From contig OZ243913.1 in assembly GCA_965213705.1 (NCBI GenBank), forward strand, positions 3,680,001 to 3,744,000: a stretch of DNA of 64,000 bases, in the 5' to 3' direction. Below, piece by piece: positions 17,425 to 27,070 of this stretch. Source of the DNA: Trueperaceae bacterium (GTDB lineage Bacteria; Deinococcota; Deinococci; Deinococcales; Trueperaceae). Under the pieces are notes generated by a model, which did no database searches, was not told the origin of the DNA, and saw only the letters and a list, made by a program, of their open reading frames with translations. The position numbers were made by a program, and so were the translations under genes. Each line of letters begins with the position of its first letter. The first letter of the stretch is position 1.

Positions 17425-20154
17425 CTACTCGACCTGCAGCATCAGGCTGTCGCGTTGCTGCCCGCCCTCGAGCCGTATCCGCGCGTCCAAAATGAGGCAG
17501 CCCTGACCCGGCGCGAGCGCCTTGACCGGGTTGAACTCGAGTTCAACGATTTCGGGCAACTCTTCGACGAGCCGCGACACGCGTAAAAGTAAGTCTTCCA
17601 GGGCGGCGACGTCGGCCTCGGGCGAGCCGCGGTAGCCCTGCAGCAGGCGGTAACCGCGGACGCCCCTCACCATTTCGGCCGCGTCGCGGTCGGTCAGCGG
17701 CGTGATGCGAAACACGACGTCCCCCAAAATCTCGACGTGGACGCCGCCCAGACCGAACGAGAGGAGGGGGCCGAAGAGTTTGTCGAGCGTCACGCCGACC
17801 CTCACCTCGACGCCGCCCGGCACCATGCGCTGGACGAGGTAGCCCTCTAATTCGTCCAACTTGCCCCGCGCCTCGAGCCCTGCTGAAACTTCCGCACACG
17901 CCGCGCGCACCGCCGCCTCGTCGTCCAGCCCCAGCTTGACCCCGTCCCAGTCGGACTTATTTTGCAGGGTTCTCGAGGCCATCTTGACCACCACCGGGTA
18001 GCCTACCCGTTCGGCGGCGGTGACCGCCTCGTCGGGCGTCGCGGCCGTTTCTCCCGCGACCAGCGGCAGCCCGAACGCGCCCAGCACCTCTGCCACCTCG
18101 TCGGGCGACAGCCAACCGGCGGGCGCGCGGCGGCAAACGGCGCGCGCCGCGTCCACATCCAGCCCCCCAAAGTCCGGCGTGACGCCGAGCGGGGCGGCGC
18201 GCCAGGCCGCGTACCGGCGCACCCGAGCGAGCGCCCGCGCGGCCGCTTCGGGGAAGCGGTAGGTCGGGACGTGTTCGCCCGGCGGGGACAGCGCCGCGCC
18301 GACCTCCTCACTCGCCATGAAGCAGGCCAGGACGGGTTTGTCTATGCCTGCAACTCGAGCCGCCGCGACCGCCTCACGTACCGCTGCCGCCACCTGGTCG
18401 GTCTCGGCAGTTCCGACCGGGACGAAGATGACGAGCAGGGCGTGGTAAGTGGGATTCTTCAGCAGCGCTTCGAGCGCCTGGCGGTAGGCCGCCGCGTCCG
18501 CCATGACCGGCAGCGTGACCGGGTTGGGCGAGGCTTCGGCGGGCAAGTGCAAACCGGCGGCCTGGAGCGCGTCGGCGGCCAGCAGGGCCGGGCCGCGCGC
18601 GTTGGTCAGGATCCCGACGTTGTCGCCCCCAGGCAGGGCTTGGCCGGCGAACAGCCGCGCCACGTCGAACATCTCTTCCAGGGTTTCGGCGCGGACGATG
18701 CCCGCCTGGTGAAACAGCGCGCCGAGGGCCGTTTCGTCGGCGCTCAGCTTGTCGGCCTTTGTCTCGGTACGCCCAAAAGTTTCCGGAGGGAGCGAGCTGT
18801 GACCCACTTGCGAGCGTCCGGCCTTGACGACCAGGATCGGTTTTTCGCGGCCGATGCGCCGCGCCAGCCGCGCGAAGCGACGCGGGTTGCCGAAGGTTTC
18901 CAAGTACAGCAAAATCACGCGCGTGTCGGGGTCTTGTTCCCAGTATTGGATGAGGTCGTTGCCCGACACGTCCGCGCCGTTGCCGAGGCTGACGAAGCTC
19001 GAGAGCCCCAGTTCCAACCCCGCCGCCAAGTCCAACACCGCCAACCCCAGCGCGCCGCTCTGCGAAGCCAGCGCGACCGGGCCGTGGCCGGGAAAAGTAT
19101 GTGCGAAGCTGGCGTTCAGCCGCACCTCGGGGTGCGTGTTGAGGATTCCCAAACAGTTCGGCCCGACCACGCGCATCCCGTAGCCCCTCGCCGCAGCAAG
19201 CAGCGCGTCCTGGCGTTCCTTTCCGGCCGGCCCCGCCTCGGCGAAGCCCGCGCTGACCACGACCACCGAGCGCACGCCTTTTTGGCCGCAGTTTTCGACC
19301 GCCGCCACGACCTCCTCGGCAGGTACGACGACGACGGCCAAGTCGACAGGACCCGGCACCGCTTCAAGCGTGGCGTAGGCCGCGACCGAGCCGACGACCT
19401 CGGCGTGTCTGTTGACCGGATAGACGGGGCCGTTGAAGCGGTTCAAGACGAGTTCGCGCAAAATCCGGTAGCCGATACTGTCCGCGTCGCGCGACGCGCC
19501 CACCACCGCCACGGCGCGCGGTTCGAAAAAGGGCCGCAGCGAGGCGACCGTCGCCGCCCGCTCGCGCGCCTCGAAGCGTTTCACCATCTCGCGGCTGGGC
19601 GAAATCGAAAAACTCACGTCGACGTACCTACCGTCGCGCTCCTCTCGGACGGCGAAGCCGCTCTCCCGAAACAGCGCGCGCATCTGCCGGTTCGACGCCT
19701 CGGTCGGGCCGTAAAAGCGGCGGACGCCTTGCCGCCAGGCGACGAGTGCCAAGCGCTCCAACAGCAGCGTACCCAAACCCTTGCCCTGCACGCCGTCGGC
19801 GACGATAAAGGCGACCTCGGCCAGCTCGGCGTCGTCGGGACCGTCGCGGCTGTACTCGCCGTGCGCGACCACGCGCGGCTCGTTTGGCCCGCCCGTCACC
19901 ACAACGAGGGCCAAACGTTCGCCCGACGAGCCTTGTTTGAGCAGTTGCTCGGCGGCGGTTTCCAGCGACACCGTGCCGAAAAAGCGCCGCGCCCTCGCCT
20001 CGCTCGAGACGTGGCTTAGGAAATAGAGCAGCAGCGCCCGGTCGTCGCCCCGCACCGGGCGCAGCTCGGCGGTGCTGCCGTCTTTCAGGATAATTTGGCC
20101 CTCGGCCACAGCGCCCTGCGGCAAGGGGGAAGGGTAGTGCAGCGCGTCCGGCAT
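17425..20154 (-). CDS. GNAT / NDP-forming acyl-CoA ligase-like fusion (protein lysine acetyltransferase Pat-type)
   Basis: N-terminal GNAT (QGKGLGTLLL), CoA-binding (AVVGAS, GPNCLG, SQSGALG), ATP-grasp C-terminus (FGPLLSFGLGG). Confidence 0.9.
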   Translation of the reverse strand: MPDALHYPSPLPQGAVAEGQIILKDGSTAELRPVRGDDRALLLYFLSHVSSEARARRFFGTVSLETAAEQLLKQGSSGERLALVVVTGGPNEPRVVAHGEYSRDGPDDAELAEVAFIVADGVQGKGLGTLLLERLALVAWRQGVRRFYGPTEASNRQMRALFRESGFAVREERDGRYVDVSFSISPSREMVKRFEARERAATVASLRPFFEPRAVAVVGASRDADSIGYRILRELVLNRFNGPVYPVNRHAEVVGSVAAYATLEAVPGPVDLAVVVVPAEEVVAAVENCGQKGVRSVVVVSAGFAEAGPAGKERQDALLAAARGYGMRVVGPNCLGILNTHPEVRLNASFAHTFPGHGPVALASQSGALGLAVLDLAAGLELGLSSFVSLGNGADVSGNDLIQYWEQDPDTRVILLYLETFGNPRRFARLARRIGREKPILVVKAGRSQVGHSSLPPETFGRTETKADKLSADETALGALFHQAGIVRAETLEEMFDVARLFAGQALPGGDNVGILTNARGPALLAADALQAAGLHLPAEASPNPVTLPVMADAAAYRQALEALLKNPTYHALLVIFVPVGTAETDQVAAAVREAVAAARVAGIDKPVLACFMASEEVGAALSPPGEHVPTYRFPEAAARALARVRRYAAWRAAPLGVTPDFGGLDVDAARAVCRRAPAGWLSPDEVAEVLGAFGLPLVAGETAATPDEAVTAAERVGYPVVVKMASRTLQNKSDWDGVKLGLDDEAAVRAACAEVSAGLEARGKLDELEGYLVQRMVPGGVEVRVGVTLDKLFGPLLSFGLGGVHVEILGDVVFRITPLTDRDAAEMVRGVRGYRLLQGYRGSPEADVAALEDLLLRVSRLVEELPEIVELEFNPVKALAPGQGCLILDARIRLEGGQQRDSLMLQVE

Positions 20155-20291
20155 CGTCGGTCCTTTCGGCGGTAGGCTTAGCAACTCGCAGCGGCAAGGG
20201 CGTGTTGCAGTCTTGCCAGTCTTTCAAACCTTAGCAGGGCGGCCCGCGCTTTACTGTGTGACGGTCTGGGCGGCGCGGCGACAATCTCAAC

Positions 20292-20320
20292 AAAAAAAAC
20301 CACCGTTGGAGGGCGGTGGT
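20292..20320 (-). terminator. Rho-independent terminator
   Basis: ACCACCG/CGGTGGT stem followed by T-run on minus strand, downstream of the 66-aa ORF. Confidence 0.7.
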
Positions 20321-20340
20321 CGTCGGGGGTCGAATTCGCT

Positions 20341-20541
20341 TCAGCGCAGTTGGATAAGGCGGTAAAAGCGCTTTCTCTCCTCCAAGGCCGGCGTGTTGAC
20401 GATGACGCCGTGGGGACCGTGCCACAGGTCTTGCTCGACGTCGTCCCGGGTCCAAACTTCGTTCATGACGGGTGTGTCGAGGACTTGAACTTGGTTGAGG
20501 GGCGGCGTCGCTCGCTGAGGGTGTACCGGAGTGAGGTTCAT
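20341..20541 (-). CDS. Small hypothetical protein (66 aa)
   Basis: ATG start with upstream AGGGG, own terminator downstream. Confidence 0.55.
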   Translation of the reverse strand: MNLTPVHPQRATPPLNQVQVLDTPVMNEVWTRDDVEQDLWHGPHGVIVNTPALEERKRFYRLIQLR

Positions 20542-20688
20542 GCCCCTACTAAACCAAAAAAGGTCTTACAGGATTCTTACCCCGTCGTGTCGACGACCCA
20601 AGTGTCGAGTTTTGTACAAAACCGGTGTCTGCACGGCATCTGCACGGCGAGCAGGTCGCCACGGCTCGAGCCCCTTTTGTAGCGCTCC

Positions 20689-20901
20689 TCAAAAGGCGTA
20701 GATGATGAAGATAATCGCCAAAATCGCGAACACCACGAGGGCGGAGATAAACGTCCAGGACATCACGTTTTTTTGTTCGGGCGCGTTATAAGCCTTGACG
20801 CCGGGTTGCTTTTCGACGTGCGCGTCGTCTTCACGCTCGGGTTTGGGAGCCGGGTTGTACTCCGGGCTGTGGTTGGGTTCGGGTCGTTTGCCTCGAGCCA
20901 T
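20689..20901 (-). CDS. Small protein with C-terminal TM helix
   Basis: GGGAG RBS; hydrophilic N-terminus and hydrophobic C-terminus. Confidence 0.7.
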   Translation of the reverse strand: MARGKRPEPNHSPEYNPAPKPEREDDAHVEKQPGVKAYNAPEQKNVMSWTFISALVVFAILAIIFIIYAF

Positions 20902-21020
20902 GATGGTTCTCCCTAAAGGTGCAGTATCTAAAGTGCGGTGCCTGAAACGTGTCTAGTTAGAGTGTGCCGCACGGCGGCCCGAGAGACTGTAAGTGAGGCA
21001 GCAAGTCGGCACAGGCTTCC

Positions 21021-21065
21021 GCAGTCTCCCATCACGCAGTCTCCCATCACGCAGTCTCCCGTCAC
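21021..21065. repeat. 15-bp tandem repeat GCAGTCTCCC(A/G)TCAC x3
   Basis: Directly visible; third copy contains the cyclase-gene stop codon. Confidence 0.9.
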
Positions 21066-21733
21066 TCTGAGGACCCGAGCGGACGCAACAACACCCGCAC
21101 CGGTGAGGCGTCGCCCGCCACAATTTTGAGCGGCAGGGCCAACATCTCAAAGCGCCCCTCTTCGGCGAAGCGCAGGTCCAGCCCTTCGATGACCCACACT
21201 CCCTCACTCAGCAGGACACGGTGCGTCTCGGTAGGCGCGTCGAAGGGGGCGACCGATAGATAGTCCACGCCGACGACCACGACTTTTTTGGAGACGAGGT
21301 AGCGGGCGGCGTCGGGTTGAAGCGCGACGTAAGCCTTGTCAAAAGGTGCGGCGGTCCAGTCTGCGGCCGAGTTCTTCGTCTTGAAAAACAAGCGCTCGCC
21401 CGCCTGCAACTCGCCCGCGCGCTCCTCGAAAGCGCGCACCTCGGTTTCGGTGATGGTACCGGCGTCCTCAAAATGGGCCACTCGAGCCGGCCCCATCATC
21501 GCGTCCAAGGGCGCGGCGGCAACGTCCGCGCCGCCCCTGATAAAGTGGCGCGGCGCGTCCATGTGCGTGCCCGTGTGCAAACTCAGGGAGAGTAGAGACA
21601 CGTTGGCCGTGTCACCTTCTTCCAAAGTGCTGAGCCGGCGCAGCGCCACGGGTGGCTGGCCGGGCCAAGACACCATGTCTTCAAAAATGGGATACGTCAC
21701 GTCCAACCAACCGCCGGGTGTGTTCATGGGCAC
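21062..21733 (-). CDS. Cyclase family / kynurenine formamidase-like metal hydrolase
   Basis: HTGTHMDAPRH, VGVDYLS, HRVLL, IEGL, DASPVR. Confidence 0.93.
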   Translation of the reverse strand: MPMNTPGGWLDVTYPIFEDMVSWPGQPPVALRRLSTLEEGDTANVSLLSLSLHTGTHMDAPRHFIRGGADVAAAPLDAMMGPARVAHFEDAGTITETEVRAFEERAGELQAGERLFFKTKNSAADWTAAPFDKAYVALQPDAARYLVSKKVVVVGVDYLSVAPFDAPTETHRVLLSEGVWVIEGLDLRFAEEGRFEMLALPLKIVAGDASPVRVLLRPLGSSE

Positions 21734-21862
21734 GTCCTTAGACTTACATACTTAAGACTTAACATAGTGACACTTCTGCGACCCGACTGTTTTGACCCCA
21801 CTGTTCTCAAAACCGCTGAGCTTGCCCGTGTCAGCATGTACGCTGAGTTTTGGAGGTCGGTT

Positions 21863-22150
21863 ATGGCAACGCCCAGTATCAACGTGACGAACAACGAGTC
21901 CGAAAACCGGTTTGAGACGCAAGTCGAAGGCGACTTGGCTTTTGCCGCCTACACGCGGCGGGGCGACACCCTCACGTTCACCCACACCGAAGTGCCGGAC
22001 GACTTGCAAGGCCAAGGTATCGGCACCAAGTTGGTCCGCGGCGCGTTGGAGCAAGTGCGCGACGACGCGCTCAAGGTCGTCCCGCAGTGCCCGTTCGTCG
22101 CCGCGTTCATCGACGAGAACCCGGAATACCAGGCGCTGCTCGAGGGCTAG
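21863..22150 (+). CDS. YjdJ-like GNAT acetyltransferase
   Basis: HTEVPDDLQGQGIG...VVPQCPFV; GGAGG RBS. Confidence 0.93.
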   Translation: MATPSINVTNNESENRFETQVEGDLAFAAYTRRGDTLTFTHTEVPDDLQGQGIGTKLVRGALEQVRDDALKVVPQCPFVAAFIDENPEYQALLEG

Positions 22151-22231
22151 AGGTCACGCGCGAAGCGTTTTCGGTGTGCTACGTGACCCGAGTACCTGGA
22201 CTTGCCTTAAATTTTAAGGTATACTTCAAAC

Positions 22232-22510
22232 ATGTTAGCTCATCCCATTACCCAGACCGCGCTTTTGTTCGGCCTCGTCGTTGCTTCGGGTTTGCTGCTG
22301 ACGCTTGTTAACGACGTCCTTACAACGGCCAGTCGAGACCGCAAGTCGCGCCGGGCTTGGCACCAAGCCCTCGTCGTGGCGCCCGTACCCGTCCTGCCGG
22401 CAAGGGCAATCGCGGAACCGGACACACCCTTCAAAATCATTACAGTTAAAACCTCGAGCCAAACCCAACCTGCGCTCGACGTGCCGAACGACCTGCCCAA
22501 AGCGGCTTGA
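22232..22510 (+). CDS. Hypothetical protein with N-terminal TM
   Basis: TATACT-N6-ATG leaderless start; hydrophobic N-terminus. Confidence 0.65.
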   Translation: MLAHPITQTALLFGLVVASGLLLTLVNDVLTTASRDRKSRRAWHQALVVAPVPVLPARAIAEPDTPFKIITVKTSSQTQPALDVPNDLPKAA

Positions 22511-22593
22511 GTCGGGTTCGACCCTAGCCCGAGGCCGCGTCCGGCGAACGCTTCGTCACCTTGCCTCTCACCAAAAGTCGCTATGCTGTGGAC

Positions 22594-23319
22594 ATGGCGA
22601 AGGCCCTAGAGTCCGTCCTCTCTTTTCTCGAACTCCTGGCGAGGAGTTTTTGGACTCAGCTGGGCCGTCCCGGCCTCGACCCTACCGGTTGGAACAGTCT
22701 GACCTGGAGCTTTGCGGTGTTCGTGGCGTTGCTGTTCGCTCTGGTCTTTCGTCTGCTGAGACGGCGCCGGGCGCGCGGCTTTCCGACCCCGGAACTCGTC
22801 GTTTCCAAGGGTGAGGTCGTGCAGCTCGAGAACAGCATCTTGCAACAGTTGAGCGTCAGGGTGGGCAACTTGGGCGACTACTCGGTGCAGTTGTTGGAAC
22901 TTACGCTCTCGAGCAGCGTCTTGCCGGAGCCCATACTGATAGAGGCCGTCGAACTGCTCCGCCCCCACACGGCGCGCGAACTCAAGGCGATTTTACCCAC
23001 AGACTTGGTCGGTGACGAGGCCGTTTTGAAAGCGTACGGCTACGTGGTGCGCAACAGCGAGCGCGTGTTCGAGCTGCGCGCGAACCTCACCTGGGAACCC
23101 CGGAACAAACGCTACAAGGTGTCCCCGCTCGGACAAACGTTACGCCCCGCCCGCAAGCTTGATGCCCGCCTGGACGAACTGCGCAAACGCGCCTGGCTCG
23201 AGTACAACCCGAACACGCGACCCGCCCGAGCCGCCGTCCAACCGAGCCCACCCGAGCCGCCGGACGAACGCCGGGCCGTCGCCAAAAAGGCCGAACTGGA
23301 GTTTCCCAACGAGTTCTAG
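22594..23319 (+). CDS. Hypothetical membrane-anchored protein
   Basis: TATGCT-N6-ATG; TM followed by RRRR and a beta-rich domain. Confidence 0.72.
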   Translation: MAKALESVLSFLELLARSFWTQLGRPGLDPTGWNSLTWSFAVFVALLFALVFRLLRRRRARGFPTPELVVSKGEVVQLENSILQQLSVRVGNLGDYSVQLLELTLSSSVLPEPILIEAVELLRPHTARELKAILPTDLVGDEAVLKAYGYVVRNSERVFELRANLTWEPRNKRYKVSPLGQTLRPARKLDARLDELRKRAWLEYNPNTRPARAAVQPSPPEPPDERRAVAKKAELEFPNEF

Positions 23320-23359
23320 GCGGCTCGGCTGGGCAAGGGGTTGGAGTCGCTAAGAGCTT

Positions 23360-23677
23360 GTGACCAACCCTGCCGCACACACAAAAGCCTGGCTCTTCTT
23401 GGCAGTTGCTTCGGCCGCAAGGACCGCGCCCGCCGGTGTCGACGCCGTCTCTCGGCACGCCGACTTTGTCGACCACAGCGTACCCACGGACGGTGAGCTT
23501 GCGGACACCTTGCCTTACCTCATTGCCTCGGGTTTGATAACGCGGCGACAAAGCGAGTACACCCTGACCGAGGCGGGTCTCGAGCTTTACCGGCGAGCGT
23601 CGTCAGGGGCTGGCAACCTTCGCGACACGCTCGCAGAACTGACCGCAACCTTTTCCGGCGCGTCACGCGAGGCCTGA
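23360..23677 (+). CDS. Hypothetical winged-helix-like protein
   Basis: LIASGLI...YTLTEAG wHTH-type ending. Confidence 0.65.
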   Translation: MTNPAAHTKAWLFLAVASAARTAPAGVDAVSRHADFVDHSVPTDGELADTLPYLIASGLITRRQSEYTLTEAGLELYRRASSGAGNLRDTLAELTATFSGASREA

Positions 23678-23779
23678 CTCGCCCAGACGCCGCTCGAGCC
23701 CTTCCGAGGTTTTCACAAAGCGTCTCGTGAGTCTCGGTCGGGCTGGACGAAGCCAAGAGGCCTGAGTGGACTACTGCAT

Positions 23780-23823
23780 CTCTGCTACTCCAGCTCTACT
23801 AACCCCAACTCTACTAACCCCAG
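23780..23823. repeat. 15-bp tandem repeat CTCTACTAACCCCAR x about 3
   Basis: Immediately downstream of the stop codon of the 23825-24406 gene. Confidence 0.8.
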
Positions 23824-23824
23824 T

Positions 23825-24406
23825 TCACTCCAACGCCAACTCGAACGCCGGGGACGCCATACCCTCCGCGGCCGGCACCACGAGCAGGGTCAAACCTCGT
23901 TCGGATGGACCCATTACAAAACCGACCACGCCCTGCACGTTGCCGCCGGGTGCGAGCGTCACGTCTGTTAAGGGCGTCGCGCCGAGCCGGGCCACGTCGC
24001 CGGGCAGGACCGGTGCCACGGTTTTCTGGCGGGGCACCTTGATACCCAACAGCACACCGTCAGGACGGGCGAAGGGTCGAAAGGGTACGGAGGCGTCACC
24101 GTGATTCTCGAGCCGCAGCGTGACGAGCAAAAAGGTTTGTCCCGGGTGCGCCCGCGCCCTCGAGCTGAGCCGCAGGTCTACTAAGTCCCGCGCCGCCACA
24201 AACTCCGTTTTGACGACGCGCAAGCTCAGTCCCGCCTTTTCGGCACTTTGCCCAGGCAAAGCCACCGCCCTGTCCACGGGCAAACCCACCACGACTTCGG
24301 ACCAGGGGCGTGCGGCAGGACGTGAGAGCCGGTTGACCACGAGCACCCCACCCAACACCACGGCGAACATGCCGAGGTAGGTGAGGAGCAAGCGCAGGAC
24401 CTTCAC
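23825..24406 (-). CDS. DUF4352-like membrane-anchored Ig-fold protein
   Basis: N-terminal TM; FLLVTLRLENHG, LAPGGNVQGVVGF; TAAACT-N6-GTG. Confidence 0.72.
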   Translation of the reverse strand: MKVLRLLLTYLGMFAVVLGGVLVVNRLSRPAARPWSEVVVGLPVDRAVALPGQSAEKAGLSLRVVKTEFVAARDLVDLRLSSRARAHPGQTFLLVTLRLENHGDASVPFRPFARPDGVLLGIKVPRQKTVAPVLPGDVARLGATPLTDVTLAPGGNVQGVVGFVMGPSERGLTLLVVPAAEGMASPAFELALE

Positions 24407-24566
24407 GGCTTCAGTTTAGCGAAGTCCGGATGTGTCGAGGGTTGGCCGGGGCGTCCGCTTGAAGTGAACGTGAGCGAGACACGCTTCTCGAGGCCGTCCA
24501 TCACCTCTTTGCGCGCACGGTTTGACGCGCACGGTATGCTTTCACCATGACTTTAGAGTGGGCACC

Positions 24567-25673
24567 ATGAAACTGGAACGGGTCGAACTGCGAGAGTTGG
24601 ACGTGCGCTTGCGCTTTCGGTTTGAAACGAGCTTCGGAGTTGAGCAAAGTTTGCGAAAAACGCTCCTCGTCCTGCACGGCGAGGGGCTGGAAGGCTACGG
24701 CGAGGCGACCGCGAACAACACGCCGGGCTACAGCTACGAGACCGCCGACACCGTGTGGACGGCGCTGACCCAGTACATCCTGCCGCTGGTGATGGGTAAA
24801 GACTACGCCACGCCCGCCCAACTGCTGCACGATTTACGCTTCGTCCGCGGCCACAACATGGCGGTGGCGACCGTGGAGACGGCGCTGTGGGACTTGCAAG
24901 CCAAGGCGGCCGGAATGCCGCTGTGGACGCTCCTCGGGGGCCTGCGCACGGCGCACCCGGTGGGCGCGTCGCTTGGCATTCAAAAAAGCGTCGCCGAGAC
25001 GGTCGACATCGCCCAGAAACACGTCGAACAGGGCTACAAACGCCTCAAGTTCAAAATCAAACCGGGTTGGGACGTCGCGCCTTTGCGGGCGGTGCGTGAA
25101 GCGTTGCCGGACACGCCCCTCACCGTCGACGCCAACAGCGCCTACAAACTCACCGACGCGCGGACGTTTCAAGACCTCGACGCGCTCGGCCTCGAGTACA
25201 TCGAACAACCTCTCGCCCACGACGACCTCGTCGACCACGCCAAACTCCAGGCGATGCTGGCAACGCCGCTTTGTTTGGACGAGTCCATTCACTCGCCCGA
25301 GGACGCCCGCAAGGGGTTGCAACTGGACGCGGGCCGGATTATCAACGTCAAGGTGGGGCGGGTGCGCGGGCACTTGCTGGCGCGGCGCGTCCACGACGTG
25401 GCGGTCAGTTTCGGCGCGCCGGTGTGGTGCGGCGGCATGTTGGAACTCGGCGTGGGCCGGGCGCACAACTTGCACCTCAGTTCGCTGGAAGGCTTCAGCC
25501 TGCCCGGCGACACCGCCAGCGCCAGCCGCTACTGGGAAGAGGACGTTACGAACGAGTGGTTGGACGCCGACGACGGCGTCCAGCACGTCCCCGCAGGTCC
25601 CGGCATAGGCGTGACGCTGAAGCGCGACTTTATCGACAAGGTCACCGTGCGCAAAGAGACTGTTACCTCTTGA
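24567..25673 (+). CDS. menC: o-succinylbenzoate synthase / N-acylamino acid racemase (enolase superfamily)
   Basis: FETSFG, KFKIKPG, VDAN, IEQP, LDES, INVKVGRV, WCGGMLE, PGD; matches the NSAR/OSBS subfamily. Confidence 0.9.
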   Translation: MKLERVELRELDVRLRFRFETSFGVEQSLRKTLLVLHGEGLEGYGEATANNTPGYSYETADTVWTALTQYILPLVMGKDYATPAQLLHDLRFVRGHNMAVATVETALWDLQAKAAGMPLWTLLGGLRTAHPVGASLGIQKSVAETVDIAQKHVEQGYKRLKFKIKPGWDVAPLRAVREALPDTPLTVDANSAYKLTDARTFQDLDALGLEYIEQPLAHDDLVDHAKLQAMLATPLCLDESIHSPEDARKGLQLDAGRIINVKVGRVRGHLLARRVHDVAVSFGAPVWCGGMLELGVGRAHNLHLSSLEGFSLPGDTASASRYWEEDVTNEWLDADDGVQHVPAGPGIGVTLKRDFIDKVTVRKETVTS

Positions 25674-25689
25674 GACCGGCAGGCACGCC

Positions 25690-26277
25690 TTGAGGTTGGC
25701 GGGCAAACGCGCGGTGCTGCGCGACTGGCGCTTGACGGACCTGGACACCTGGGCCGAGTGGCTGAAACCGGGCCACCGCTGGCAAGACCTCGACGCTCCT
25801 TACTACCCCAAACCGCCTGCGAGCTACGTCGTTGAACGCAAGCTCGAGCTGAAAACCCAAGTCGCCGCCGACAAGTGGCCCAACCCCAGACACGAACTCG
25901 TCATCGCCGACCGGGCGAGCGACCGTTTGCTGGGCCTCGTCACCTGGGCGTGGGAAAGCCGCGAAACGCACTGGCCCTCGGCGGGCGTCGTCATCTTCGA
26001 CGACGCCTACTGGAACCGGGGCGTCGGTTTCGAGGCGTTGGGTTTGTGGACGGACTACCTGTTTGAAAGCCTGCCCGACATCGTCCGTATGGACCTGCGC
26101 ACCTGGTCGGGCAATGCGGGCATGATGCGGCTGGCCGAAAAGCTAGGCTACAAGCTCGAGGCCGTGTTCCGCAACGCTCGCGTCGTGGAGGGCGTGTATT
26201 ACGACGGCCTGGGTTACGGCGCGCTGCGCGAGGAGTGGCGGGAGCTGTACCCGCGGGGCTTTCTCGAGGCCCTATAG
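25690..26277 (+). CDS. RimJ/RimL-type GNAT acetyltransferase
   Basis: YWNRGVG, TWSGNAGMMRLAEKLGY. Confidence 0.9.
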   Translation: MRLAGKRAVLRDWRLTDLDTWAEWLKPGHRWQDLDAPYYPKPPASYVVERKLELKTQVAADKWPNPRHELVIADRASDRLLGLVTWAWESRETHWPSAGVVIFDDAYWNRGVGFEALGLWTDYLFESLPDIVRMDLRTWSGNAGMMRLAEKLGYKLEAVFRNARVVEGVYYDGLGYGALREEWRELYPRGFLEAL

Positions 26278-26398
26278 GTTGTGGCGAGAATGACACTTCT
26301 TTAGTCTGCATTCTTCTGGTCTGCACCCCTCCGCCAGTTCTAGCCTTAAGGGTGCGCGGTCACTGGGCCACCCGTTCCGACACTGTATCCTGGACACC

Positions 26399-26977
26399 AT
26401 GCCTCGCCCGCTGAGTTTCGACCCGGACACCGTCCTCGACCAGGTCGTCCAGCTTTTTTGGGAGCAGGGCTACCGCGCGACCTCGGTGCAGGACCTGGTC
26501 ACCGCGACCGGGCTCAACCGCTCGAGCCTCTACCACCATTTCGGCGGCAAGGACGACCTGTTTGCGGCGGCGCTGCAGCACTACGTCACGCACTACAGCG
26601 CCGAGCGGCTCGCGGCGTTGCAGCGAGGGTCGGTCAGGGAGGCTTTCCGCGCTTACTTCGATGACCTGGTCAGCTTCTCGAGCGGTGTGGGCAAGGGCCT
26701 GGGCTGTCTTCTCACCAACACCGCCGCCGAAGTCGCGCCGCACGACGCGCGCACCCGCGCCACCCTCGCAGACCGCTTCGCAGACACTCGCAACGTCTTC
26801 GAAGCACTTTTGAACCGTGGACAGGCCGAGGGCGAAGTCGGAACTGACAAAGACACCAAGGCGCTCGCCAACTTTTTTCTCGGCACCGTGCAGGGCATTC
26901 GGGTGCTGGCGCGAGCCGGGGCGGACGCCGCGACCCTGCGCGACATCGCAGCGACGGCTGTGAGCGTGCTCGAGTAA
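26399..26977 (+). CDS. TetR/AcrR family regulator
   Basis: MPRP..FD, FWEQGYRATS, SSLYHHFGGKDDLF, GCLL; TATCCT-N7-ATG. Confidence 0.95.
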   Translation: MPRPLSFDPDTVLDQVVQLFWEQGYRATSVQDLVTATGLNRSSLYHHFGGKDDLFAAALQHYVTHYSAERLAALQRGSVREAFRAYFDDLVSFSSGVGKGLGCLLTNTAAEVAPHDARTRATLADRFADTRNVFEALLNRGQAEGEVGTDKDTKALANFFLGTVQGIRVLARAGADAATLRDIAATAVSVLE

Positions 26978-27018
26978 CCCGGCCAGCCCCTGTGCCGGGT
27001 ATGTCGAGTGCGCGACAC

Positions 27019-27042
27019 GTTTTGGAACAACCGTTTCATAAC
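27019..27042. promoter_or_regulatory. Imperfect palindrome, putative TetR operator
   Basis: GTTTTGGAAC-AACC-GTTTCATAAC (8/10 arm match) between tetR and the peroxiredoxin gene. Confidence 0.5.
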
Positions 27043-27070
27043 ATGGCACAAGCCTGAAGGAGGCCAAAGT

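Noticed and set aside
17962..20019. 685-aa plus-strand ORF, and many similar long antisense/alternate-frame ORFs
   Set aside because: Shadow ORFs of well-supported genes in GC-rich DNA; Arg/Gly-rich with no recognisable motifs.
21021..21065. Short repeats as a CRISPR array
   Set aside because: Units are 14-15 bp and adjacent with no spacers; no cas genes in the window.
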